From positions 64,001 to 128,000 of IMG/VR virus record IMGVR_UViG_3300028887_000068: DNA of 64,000 nucleotides; one strand, written 5' to 3'. Shown here piece after piece: positions 1 through 8,259 of the stretch; position 1 is the first letter of the stretch; each line of letters starts with the position of its first letter. A program made the translations under genes and the position numbers. The notes under the pieces are model-generated. The model saw only the letters and a list, made by a program, of their open reading frames with translations. It was not told the origin of the DNA and did no database searches. The DNA comes from a virus. Lineage: Duplodnaviria; Heunggongvirae; Uroviricota; Caudoviricetes.

Positions 1-3000
1 CAGTGAACGATGGTCTGATTGTCAGGTTCAAGTACGAAGTAATACAATGCGCCAAGGTAATCAAGATTACCAGTTTGCATCGGATTAACAAGCAAGTCTG
101 CCTGTCCTTCATACATGATTTCGATATACTTCACCCATGTCTTGAAAATATTGAGAAGCAGCAAGTCGGAGGTGTCGTAGAAGTTGATCGAGAAGTCATT
201 CTGGTATCCAGACTTTCGTCCAGTAGTACCGAACGAGAATCTATGCCCAAACATATTTTCGAATCCTTCCTTACTTTCAAGCGCATAGTCAGGAATACTG
301 AGACTCTTGATAGCATTGGAGAGGAGATAGCTGAAGAACGGATGAGCCATACTTCTATCTATCTTGGACATGATAGGCGGGAATAAACCTTTCTGCCATG
401 TCTGTTCAAGTGCTCTCAGGTCATAGGACAATTCTGGAATCACATCACACATTCTCGGATAGCCTTCGCATTCCATGACATGAATATGGTTTTCTGTCAG
501 GTTAAGGTCAGGCTTTACAAAGAAGAAGTGATAGTAACCGGACTTAAAGTATTCGATTTCACCGCCAACGAAAGTCTTGTTGACTCTGAAGTTAGTAGCA
601 AGATCAGCTATACCGTAGTCACTGTTGGCAACATTCTTAGATCCGTCTTCAGAACGTGAGTCCATTCTCTCAAAGTAAGAAAGATCGCCGAATGTGTCAT
701 ATTTGCTTCCGTCGTCTGTAGCTTCATGTACTTCAGAACCAGTCAGCCTTAATGCAACATCGTTCTGTTCAAGAATAACGGCTGGCGTAAGCTTTCTGGT
801 CATGAGAAGACCATGATAGTTGAAATTACGGAATACTGGCTGTATGGATCCAAGTATACTGTCTTCATTGGCAATCACATTATCGCCCTCGCCATCCTTG
901 CTAATACTACGCTCAAGGTCTATCAAACTCCCCTCAAATTTAGGCGTCTCAAGATCCTTTGGGCCAACGAGTTTACCAGTAAGCTTGCTAACACCGCTGA
1001 GATAGGCTTGCGTAATGAAAGAGGTATTCGTGTATTTGTCGATTGTTGCCAGAGACTTTTGTCCAAGTGAAGTCTGAGCGAACAAGTTGGCTGCTGTGTT
1101 CAATACATCACAACCAATCTCATTAGCATCAATCAATGATACAACGTCATTATCCTTGACGTATGTTTCGCGTGCAAAGAGTTCTTCTGCGATGGTAAGA
1201 AGCTTGTTTCCAAGCTTGCCCCTTTCTTGCTGAAGATATGCTGCCTTCACTTCATCAGAGATTGCAGGAATGGCTCCTTGTTCGCCTTTGAGCATACTCT
1301 CGCTCTGTGCCTGTGTATCCTCTCCGGAAGACTCTTCCGAGTTGCTTCTTTCCTGATAGAGAAGAGAGATGATCTTATTGACGGCTTGTTCTTCTTTTAA
1401 GTCTTCGTACTCGTCCTTACTTACGTAGACGGTCTCGAAGCCTTTTCCCTTGACGAATTTCTTGAAGCCGATGATGCTATCAAGACCCGGAGTATACTCT
1501 CCACGGACTTGTGCAAGCCTTCTACCAGTCTCTTCCAGCTTTCCCTGAGAGTTGAGCTTAAGACGTCTGACGATACTAATAAGGTTGGGATTGAACCCAG
1601 TCGAACCGCTATTCATATCGCCAGCAGCAAGACTTTCCTCATTGCCAGTATACGAACCTTTGGTCTCGGTCTCTAATGGAACGATCATCTCGCCTTTGTC
1701 GAAGTAGACCATTGATTCTATGCCAGTCAATGCAGCGTAGTAGGTTCCATCAGTATCGATAACTTTATCCATGCCCACAAGTCTTCCCGTGGTCTTGTCA
1801 TAGACAAGTCTCTGGACTAAGGAAGGACTGCTACCGACATAACCGTTAGGGTCATCAACCGCAACCTGATTGGCATCCATAGATTCCACGTCAGCCGTAT
1901 CATCAATACCCTTAATCTCATTGACATTGATCAGCTGATCGTAATCCTTAACTTCTTCGTCCTTAGCATGAGACAATAGTTCGAGTGTATCGGCAAGATA
2001 GGTGATAGCTTCTTCAAAGGCTTCAGCCTTAGCTAGATCACCGAGACTTCTTGCCTTAGAAGCCAAAGCTTTGATCTTGTCATTCACTGTTGCTGTAAAG
2101 ACCTTGATAGCGCCTTTCTCAAGCTTGGTCTTCAGTTCTGCATTGATCTTCGCCATCTTGGAAGCTTCGCTTGGCTTGAAGTTTACAGTGTCAGTTGCGG
2201 GAGCATGAGCAGAGGATTCTCCAAAGCCAGCTCCGGACGGTGAAGGCATCCGGCTCATTTCGGAATCACCGAAGGACTTATCTGCATCTGCATTACGTTC
2301 TTCTTTAGAAGTTCCGTAGTTCTTGGTAGTCGCAACAGAGAGATCTTCCTTGCGTTCTCCGAGAGCTTCTTTCATCCATTCATAAAGCTCTTCTAGGTCT
2401 TTATCCATCGAAGCAGCTTCAGCTATACGACCTTCTCGACTTTCGTCGAACGCAGTATCGGCTTTAGGGTTGCGAAGCTTGAAATTGTTATCGCTGAAAG
2501 CCAATCTGTTTTTGAGGTCTTCGTAGATATTATAGGTAACCTGATTAGGATCCTTAGAACCTACATGGCGTGTCTTGAGCTCGTTCGGATCAAACTTTTT
2601 GCCGGGTGTATTGGCAGCATTGTATTCAACCAAGTACTTGTACCAATCGCTCTTGACAGTAGCCTTGGCTGCCAATTCGATAGACCACTGAACACCTTCA
2701 TCAATCTTCTTAAGACCCCATCCCCAAGCATCAGAGATCCATTGAAGCTTGGTGTTGACAGCTTTACCAACAGTTCCGAGAACCTCTCCACGGAACTTGT
2801 TAAGCTGGGAGGTGGTCTTGGAGACCTGTTGCGTAAGAGTATCAGCAGCATAGCCCGTAGCAATCTTCAAGCTATCATTGAAGAACTGGCTCATGATACT
2901 ATCTTTTTCTTTAGGCCAGAATCTGTCAGAGAGGTTAGCGCCGAAGTTATCTTGGAATTTAGAGAAGCTTTCGATCGAGCTATCGATGTCGATAACGACC

Positions 3001-3194
3001 ATTCTCTTCTGAGCTCTCTTGAGACCGACACCAAATGTATCGTCCTTACTTCTCTTTCTGACTTCGGCAGAGATACCCTTTTCAGAAGTATAGGCAATAA
3101 CTTCTTGGTACTTCTCTAAACGTCTCATGAAGTTATTAGGAAGCATCCCTACAGCTCTGAACAACGAGTCTTCTTGTGTTGCGATTTTTTCCAT
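1..3194 (-). CDS. Large virion structural protein, 3'-truncated by the window edge (>1060 aa); C-terminal part resembles jumbo-phage tail-tube initiator/baseplate hub proteins
   Basis: Manually translated open frame from ATG 3194 (MEKIATQEDSLFRAVG..., SD GAGG) with no stop to position 3; it is absent from the ORF track because it runs off the window. C-terminal segment reads YYHFFFVKPDLNL...LLSNAIKSLSIPDY...FSINFYDTSDLLLLNIFKTWVKYI...LDYLGALYYFVLEPD. Preceded by an AACT-N6-TG motif at 3212-3224. Confidence 0.7.
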   Translation of the reverse strand, partial: MEKIATQEDSLFRAVGMLPNNFMRRLEKYQEVIAYTSEKGISAEVRKRSKDDTFGVGLKRAQKRMVVIDIDSSIESFSKFQDNFGANLSDRFWPKEKDSIMSQFFNDSLKIATGYAADTLTQQVSKTTSQLNKFRGEVLGTVGKAVNTKLQWISDAWGWGLKKIDEGVQWSIELAAKATVKSDWYKYLVEYNAANTPGKKFDPNELKTRHVGSKDPNQVTYNIYEDLKNRLAFSDNNFKLRNPKADTAFDESREGRIAEAASMDKDLEELYEWMKEALGERKEDLSVATTKNYGTSKEERNADADKSFGDSEMSRMPSPSGAGFGESSAHAPATDTVNFKPSEASKMAKINAELKTKLEKGAIKVFTATVNDKIKALASKARSLGDLAKAEAFEEAITYLADTLELLSHAKDEEVKDYDQLINVNEIKGIDDTADVESMDANQVAVDDPNGYVGSSPSLVQRLVYDKTTGRLVGMDKVIDTDGTYYAALTGIESMVYFDKGEMIVPLETETKGSYTGNEESLAAGDMNSGSTGFNPNLISIVRRLKLNSQGKLEETGRRLAQVRGEYTPGLDSIIGFKKFVKGKGFETVYVSKDEYEDLKEEQAVNKIISLLYQERSNSEESSGEDTQAQSESMLKGEQGAIPAISDEVKAAYLQQERGKLGNKLLTIAEELFARETYVKDNDVVSLIDANEIGCDVLNTAANLFAQTSLGQKSLATIDKYTNTSFITQAYLSGVSKLTGKLVGPKDLETPKFEGSLIDLERSISKDGEGDNVIANEDSILGSIQPVFRNFNYHGLLMTRKLTPAVILEQNDVALRLTGSEVHEATDDGSKYDTFGDLSYFERMDSRSEDGSKNVANSDYGIADLATNFRVNKTFVGGEIEYFKSGYYHFFFVKPDLNLTENHIHVMECEGYPRMCDVIPELSYDLRALEQTWQKGLFPPIMSKIDRSMAHPFFSYLLSNAIKSLSIPDYALESKEGFENMFGHRFSFGTTGRKSGYQNDFSINFYDTSDLLLLNIFKTWVKYIEIMYEGQADLLVNPMQTGNLDYLGALYYFVLEPDNQTIVH

Positions 3195-3211
3195 TTCAAA
3201 CCTCGTATTTT

Positions 3212-3224
3212 TCATTTTGAAGTT
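3212..3224 (-). promoter_or_regulatory. Putative late promoter AACT-N6-TG
   Basis: AACTTCAAAATGA, 18 nt upstream of the start codon; one of 18 copies. Confidence 0.7.
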
Positions 3225-3294
3225 CAAGGTAACAGAATTCATGACTGTATATAAAGATGTGGTACGTGTTACCTAATTATTTCTTGGAGACAAC

Positions 3295-3378
3295 ATGAAA
3301 CAGAAGATATCAAGATACGGCCCTATGATTACGCTCGGTCTTGCCTTTATCGCTTCTATCTATTTTATCACAAAATAG
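3295..3378 (+). CDS. Small single-transmembrane peptide (27 aa)
   Basis: GGAGA SD, then MKQKISRYGPMITLGLAFIASIYFITK*; basic N-terminus followed by a hydrophobic stretch. Confidence 0.5.
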   Translation: MKQKISRYGPMITLGLAFIASIYFITK

Positions 3379-3419
3379 GGAATTTCATCGAAGTGAAGAA
3401 ATTCCAATTATGAAAGCCT

Positions 3420-3600
3420 TAGACCACTGCTTCGGCAGGGTATTCACTAGTGACGGAAGTCGCCACGAGTTTGGGCAAACTTAACAGCCCTCAAGAAACA
3501 AAAAAGACCCGGTATAGGTCTTTCCTCCGATAAGGGATTCCGTTGAAGAGGTTTTAGCACCGCTAACGGTAGTGGGTAAAGCGAAGTGAAAGCTATATCC
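3420..3600 (+). ncRNA. Candidate structured ncRNA
   Basis: No credible ORF. Hairpins include CTGC-TTCG-GCAG (cUUCGg), GTGAC-GGAA-GTCGC (GNRA), GGGC/GCCC, AAAGACC/GGTCTTT, CCTC/GAGG and ACCG-CTAA-CGGT. Followed by a terminator-like hairpin. Confidence 0.4.
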
Positions 3601-3609
3601 CATGAAGAA

Positions 3610-3650
3610 ATATCCTCTAATGCCTAAGCATAGCGGATATATTTTTTTTT
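3610..3650 (+). terminator. Intrinsic terminator
   Basis: ATATCC...GGATAT hairpin followed by a T run. Confidence 0.6.
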
Positions 3651-3768
3651 CTATGAACCGTAAAATTTTGTGGCTTGATAGTTTAATAATTAGTGCTATA
3701 AGACCTGAATAATGCGAGTGCATATTCTTGAAATGCTTATAAGCACATTGACTCAGGAGGTCAATACT

Positions 3769-4146
3769 ATGGGAATTCTTTCCAACATTCTTCTTGGCAG
3801 CATCGGTGCTGCTCGTGTTTCTTGCGCTCTCAACGATATCAGCTGCGCTACTTCAAGGCTTCAGAAGTCCTACAAGTCTCTTGAGAGACAAGGCCAGCTC
3901 ATCAAGATGAGGAGGTCTCTCAAGGCATCCCTCGAAGCTGTCGAAGCCAAGGATCTCAGCCATGATGCTGAATTCCTTATGAAACTTGACATCCTCAATA
4001 CTTATCTGCGTCTCACCGGGCGCACGGTACAGAAAGAGGAAATGCACGCAGCACGCGAGGCATTCCGTCATGGGAATCTCGGCCCTATGGCAGCTCTGGC
4101 TCGTAATGACGCAGAATTGCAGGAAATCATCGAGGAATACTTCTAG
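3769..4146 (+). CDS. Hypothetical protein
   Basis: ORF 3712-4146 re-started at ATG 3769 behind CAGGAGG. Confidence 0.7.
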   Translation: MGILSNILLGSIGAARVSCALNDISCATSRLQKSYKSLERQGQLIKMRRSLKASLEAVEAKDLSHDAEFLMKLDILNTYLRLTGRTVQKEEMHAAREAFRHGNLGPMAALARNDAELQEIIEEYF

Positions 4147-4202
4147 TATTTCCTTAATGAAAAAATAAAAGGAGTGAGTCATTAGACCCACTTCTTTTTT
4201 TG

Positions 4203-4694
4203 TTAGATGAACTTACCTTTCTCAAGGAGAGGCATATACTTGTCTGCTCTCTCCGTATGATAAGTAAAGAGCGTAGCTACGGCATTGAGAGGAGAATCCT
4301 TCTTGGTATACCCTGATGCTTGCCAGTCGCAGATAGATTCTATAATATCACGTTCTGTCTTAGGCTTATGATGAGGCTTTTCTAAGTGTTCTTCCACTAC
4401 GTACTTGTACGGATAGAAGATCAAAAGCTTGAATGGCTTTTCTATATCGTGGAATGGGAAGATAGTCTTGTAATGTTTGATAGCGACACACTGGACTGCA
4501 AACCAGTGGCAGAACCAGTAGATGAAGGACAACAGCCACTTGCTTTTCCACTTGTCCGGAACGTTAACGATATTCTTAACCTTCTCGTTAGGCATAACCC
4601 ACGATCTCTCAATCTTGTTTATTTCAATGTCAGTGATAGGTTTTTTCTGTGTTCCTACGTGATAAACGCCGTCGATTGTTCTATAGATAACCAT
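4203..4694 (-). CDS. HD-domain-like protein (DUF5662-like)
   Basis: FHDIEKP...H..KPHH...IESICDWQAS metal-binding pattern; start 4694 behind AGGAG. Confidence 0.5.
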   Translation of the reverse strand: MVIYRTIDGVYHVGTQKKPITDIEINKIERSWVMPNEKVKNIVNVPDKWKSKWLLSFIYWFCHWFAVQCVAIKHYKTIFPFHDIEKPFKLLIFYPYKYVVEEHLEKPHHKPKTERDIIESICDWQASGYTKKDSPLNAVATLFTYHTERADKYMPLLEKGKFI

Positions 4695-4736
4695 AATTCT
4701 CCTATGAAAAAGTAAAGAGGGCATTAGCCCTCGATA

Positions 4737-6224
4737 CTAGAATTGCAGAATCTCAGACTTGTCTGTTTCAACATTGTCTGGGAAGAACTCTTCGGTTCCC
4801 GGATACTGGGTCTTATCAAAGAACAGCCCATCCGTCTTGAAGAACGGAGTGAAGCCGAACGTGATACCCGGATCACTAGCAGAAGCCTTGGAGAACCCGA
4901 TATTACCCTTGTAAGATGGGTTAATACCTCTGAGACGAGTCGGAACAGAGTCTGAAGAAATACCTTGAGGGCCACCTTGAGTTCCACAGAGAGCTGCTCC
5001 AAAGAGGTCAAGAGTGTTGACCACCGTAGAGTATCTGAGAAGCTCAGAAGTGATGAGTGCCTTCGTGCAGATGTTCTTCTTGATACCGCCGAACGCACTC
5101 TCAAGTGTCTTTATCGTCACCTGTCTGCAGTTGATGATACGATAAGTCTCAGAAGAGAGTTTCTTAATGAGAGGATAAAGGACATACTCCCACAATCTGA
5201 TTCTCTTATTCTGAATCTCTGTAGAGTCGATTCCATTCAGGATATCGAACTCGCTACAGATCCAACGAGTCAATGTAAAGATATTTTTCTTGTCTCTTTC
5301 CGGGATCTTGGCAAGATTCGCTCTTGTAGAGCTATCCAAGATTCTCTGGAAGCTTACAGACACCTTCTCTGCCTTACGGAGTGCTGCATCATTGCCACTT
5401 GTAAACTGTTTGCCAAGCTGCAGATTCCAGAATCCAACGTTCTTAAGTTCTTCAACAGTGTTCGCCTTGGATGACAGAATTGCCGAGAGAATGTTGCCAA
5501 TCACCCACGGTTCTTGCTTAGCAAATTCAGTATCAACCCATACCGCAATGTCTTTTCCAAACAGGAACTTCATTGCCCCAGTAGCTTCCACAGGTTCTTT
5601 TGCACTTGTGAAATCTATCTTGTCTTCAGCCGCCAAGAACTTGATGGTCTCATCGAATCCTAAGATACTGAAGTAGTATAGAGTGATCGGAATTTCCTTA
5701 CGGAACGCACGGATAGTGTGGCTCACGAACTCTACTTCTTGGTCATCAGAGTTCACGAACACTTCACGATGTCTTGTCATTGTAAACGGCATGAGCATAG
5801 TCTTCAATCCAACTACACCCGGTCTTACCGGATATACACCTGCATCGACAAGTTGCAGGATGCTGAAGTATCTGGATCCATCCAGCAAGAAGAAGTACTT
5901 CTCAACCAGTCTTGGCAACATGGCTTCGATCGTAACATCTCTTTCAACAATCTTTGTTGAGCCTTCATCCGGAGCTTTAAGCCTCAGTGTAATTCTTGCC
6001 ATCGAGTGACGGCTTTCTTCAATGGTGTGCAAATGCGGAATCTTTGTTTCGTCATCTTCCACAGATACGTCAATCACTTCAACATGACCTGTCGAAGTTG
6101 TTGCCATAGCTATGGATCTCAAGATTCCTTCGAGAGATTCTTCTTCTCTTACGGTCTTGAACGAATCCGAGAACTTTTCTGGATTCGTCTTTTGGTACTG
6201 AGCGTACCATTCCTCATAGTACAT
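4737..6224 (-). CDS. Phage multisubunit RNA polymerase beta subunit, N-terminal half (probably non-virion RNAP)
   Basis: YFFLLDGSRYFSILQLVD and GGPQGI...RGINPSYKGNIGFSKASASDPGITFGFTPF match split beta N-terminal subunits of phiKZ/AR9-type RNAPs; AAGGAG SD. Confidence 0.8.
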   Translation of the reverse strand: MYYEEWYAQYQKTNPEKFSDSFKTVREEESLEGILRSIAMATTSTGHVEVIDVSVEDDETKIPHLHTIEESRHSMARITLRLKAPDEGSTKIVERDVTIEAMLPRLVEKYFFLLDGSRYFSILQLVDAGVYPVRPGVVGLKTMLMPFTMTRHREVFVNSDDQEVEFVSHTIRAFRKEIPITLYYFSILGFDETIKFLAAEDKIDFTSAKEPVEATGAMKFLFGKDIAVWVDTEFAKQEPWVIGNILSAILSSKANTVEELKNVGFWNLQLGKQFTSGNDAALRKAEKVSVSFQRILDSSTRANLAKIPERDKKNIFTLTRWICSEFDILNGIDSTEIQNKRIRLWEYVLYPLIKKLSSETYRIINCRQVTIKTLESAFGGIKKNICTKALITSELLRYSTVVNTLDLFGAALCGTQGGPQGISSDSVPTRLRGINPSYKGNIGFSKASASDPGITFGFTPFFKTDGLFFDKTQYPGTEEFFPDNVETDKSEILQF

Positions 6225-6286
6225 ACTTTTTCTCCTTGAAAAGTATTTGTGCTATATCTTTATATGTTATAATAAGTTCAGCCGTG

Positions 6287-6427
6287 CTAGCCTTCTCTAT
6301 CGATAACATCCTGCAATGTTTCGCATGGTTTTGTTTCATCTCTGCGCTTTCGAGAAGCACAAATGAGACCCATGAAGAAGCCGAAAACATACACTACACA
6401 AGCGAGAAAAATTACTAAGACAACCAT
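6287..6427 (-). CDS. Small membrane protein (46 aa)
   Basis: AAGGAG SD; MVVLVIFLACVVYVFGFFMGLICASRKRRDETKPCETLQDVIDREG*. Confidence 0.6.
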   Translation of the reverse strand: MVVLVIFLACVVYVFGFFMGLICASRKRRDETKPCETLQDVIDREG

Positions 6428-6482
6428 TGTTAATCTCCTTTATAAAAGAAAACGGACACGAAAGCTCGTGTCCATCTTCATA

Positions 6483-6971
6483 TTAAACCACTTCGGGTTC
6501 GATAGTATCATCGCCACCGCTCTTGACTTTGATACGAAGCTTATCTTGCGGAACAACAGGTTTACCGCCATGACGAACACCCTTGAAAGGTTCAACTTTG
6601 GGATACAGACGAGGCTTCTGCGGAGGAAGAAGATTGTCCGTCACACGAACAATTTCGTTGGTCTTACGCACAAACTCGTCAACTTCGTCAGCAGTGAACA
6701 AGCCTGAACCAGTGAGAGCACGGCGAAGAGCCAATGCACGTCCATAATGGAGGTTGAACTTGTCCTTGTAACCGCAGTGTGCTACGCCAGTATAGACGAT
6801 AGCAGACTTGAAGGACTTTTCGTAGGCAAGCTGAACCGTACAGGTGATGTCGGTTTCCCACCATTCTACACGGAATTCGCGTCCATACTGATCCTTGTAT
6901 TCGGAGACGTGATTCTGGTTGTCTCGCTTAAAAGAGACAAGAAAAGACTGATCTTTGAATTTGATAATCAT
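6483..6971 (-). CDS. Conserved phage hypothetical protein
   Basis: Start 6971 behind GAGGT; contains the GVAHCGYKDKFNLHYGRALALRRAL pattern common in phage hypothetical proteins. Confidence 0.65.
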   Translation of the reverse strand: MIIKFKDQSFLVSFKRDNQNHVSEYKDQYGREFRVEWWETDITCTVQLAYEKSFKSAIVYTGVAHCGYKDKFNLHYGRALALRRALTGSGLFTADEVDEFVRKTNEIVRVTDNLLPPQKPRLYPKVEPFKGVRHGGKPVVPQDKLRIKVKSGGDDTIEPEVV

Positions 6972-6979
6972 GAGATACC

Positions 6980-7528
6980 TCACTTGGCAATTTGCCAGTC
7001 CATAGCCATCATATCCGGCTGCGAAGGAGCCCAACCAACGGTATAAGAATCGTCAGCTGCTTTCATGTCGATATGGGCATTGATGTTGCAGAGCTTTCCG
7101 GTATAGAATTCCTTAGCCGGAGCGTTACGCATGAGTTCACCATGAACAGTGGAACCTTCTTGAAGCGTAATGAACATACCCTTACCGTTCCAGCCCTTAC
7201 GTTGAACCTTACGTCCTGCCTTGAGTTGCTGAATAGCCCAATCAAAACCGTGCATGGCTTCGAGGCTTTCCATAGTATCCGCTTCTGCGCTTACGATATC
7301 GTAGGACTGACAGAAGATATTGCCTTCGCACGGGTAGAATTCGCCCTTCGCACCCTTGATGATGTAGCTGCCAAGGATGGCCTGATGGTTCCCTTCGAGA
7401 GTCGGGATCGTAAGAATTTCGCCGTCCATAAAGGCTGTCGGGCAGAAAGCTTTGATTTCGTCGAAGTTGGTTCCATTCCACTTGACGCATTCAATGGTGA
7501 TCGGCTTTTGGGTTGCTGTAAGTGCCAT
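6980..7528 (-). CDS. Two-domain protein: N-terminal widespread phage domain plus C-terminal DUF2829/Tad2-like domain
   Basis: C-terminal FDWAIQQLKAGRKVQRKGWNGKGMFITL...GWAPSQPDMMAMDWQI; N-terminal KPITIECVKW...IPTLEG...YIIKGAKGEFYPC...F..SY. Confidence 0.75.
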   Translation of the reverse strand: MALTATQKPITIECVKWNGTNFDEIKAFCPTAFMDGEILTIPTLEGNHQAILGSYIIKGAKGEFYPCEGNIFCQSYDIVSAEADTMESLEAMHGFDWAIQQLKAGRKVQRKGWNGKGMFITLQEGSTVHGELMRNAPAKEFYTGKLCNINAHIDMKAADDSYTVGWAPSQPDMMAMDWQIAK

Positions 7529-7597
7529 ATTGATCCTCTTTGGTTAGAAAAAAATGAGTACCCTGAGAAGGATTCGAACCTTCGACCTACTGCTTAG

Positions 7598-8203
7598 CTT
7601 GCTGCACTATATTTCTATAGCCATTGCTGTTGCAGTCTGGGCCATGTCTTAGCCATTTCAGGCTGGATGCGTATGGTCTCTACGGTTCCTGTATATCGAC
7701 AGTTACCTCGGCGTTGTCGAGAATAGACTTTTGGTATATTCTTACGATGTTCACCGATATAGCATCCTGCACTTTCTGTGTTAAACCATGAAGCTGTATT
7801 TCTCTTGCAAATTTTCCATTGCATGATCTTGAACAGCAGGTATACGAGAATTTTCCCTTCTTTACCAAGAAAGTTTCTCTTTTTCTTCTGGTAAATCTTT
7901 TATTACAGCAAGGACAAATCAAATCAACCATAGTGATACCACGCTTTTGCATATGGTACCTAACATGTTCCTCGTTTGTCATTACCTGAAGGTTCTCTAT
8001 TCTGTTATCCTTTTTGTTCTCGTTCTTGTGGTGTACAACTTCATTCTTATCAAGAAGACGTCCTAGAAAATTCTCCATCACAACTCGGTGCATGAAAACA
8101 TATCCAAGCTTTGTTGCGAAAGGATGTTCCGGGACAAGGGCATAATCGTATTCTCCCTTCGATATTTTCTTCCTAATATTCCACATAAAGGCTCCAAAAA
8201 TAA
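7598..8203 (-). mobile_element. Group I intron (606 nt) in the tRNA anticodon (position 34/35)
   Basis: 5' exon ends in U and the intron ends in G. P3 GGATGC/GCATCC; P4 TCGGT/GCCGA; J6/7-P7 CGTAGAGACCATACG; P8 AGCC/GGCT; J8/7-P7' TAAGACATGGCCCAGACTGCA. Confidence 0.88.
7680..8186 (-). CDS. Intron-encoded HNH homing endonuclease
   Basis: HRVVMENFLGRLL..NEVVHHKNENKKDNRIENL HNH motif plus C-terminal CPCC...CCSRSC zinc-binding region; GGAG SD 5 nt before the ATG. Confidence 0.9.
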   Translation of the reverse strand: MWNIRKKISKGEYDYALVPEHPFATKLGYVFMHRVVMENFLGRLLDKNEVVHHKNENKKDNRIENLQVMTNEEHVRYHMQKRGITMVDLICPCCNKRFTRRKRETFLVKKGKFSYTCCSRSCNGKFAREIQLHGLTQKVQDAISVNIVRIYQKSILDNAEVTVDIQEP

Positions 8204-8243
8204 AAGGCAGTTGCTCTATCCATCTGAGCTATCAGGGCCAGTC

Positions 8244-8256
8244 TCATCTTTAAGTT
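8244..8256 (-). promoter_or_regulatory. Putative late promoter of tRNA-Arg
   Basis: AACTTAAAGATGA; predicted +1 G lies 7 nt before the tRNA 5' end. Confidence 0.7.
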
Positions 8257-8259
8257 AAG

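Larger units (their letters stand above)
7559..8238 (-). tRNA. trnR-UCU: tRNA-Arg(UCU), split by an intron (exons 8238-8204 and 7597-7559)
   Basis: Joined exons give GCCCTGA TA GCTC AGATGGATA GAGC A ACTGC CTT|CTAA GCAGT AGGTC GAAGG TTCGAAT CCTTC TCAGGGT A: a full cloverleaf with A20 and a short variable loop. CCA is not encoded. Confidence 0.9.

Noticed and set aside
4737-6224. Inteins or introns in the RNAP subunit genes (also 53477-54706)
   Set aside because: Both are continuous and of expected size, with no intein C/S...HN termini or LAGLIDADG motifs seen.
7559-8238. Alternative reading as tRNA-Ser(GCU) with splicing after U33
   Set aside because: The intron would then end in A rather than omega-G, and the body has a short variable loop and A20, as expected for Arg.
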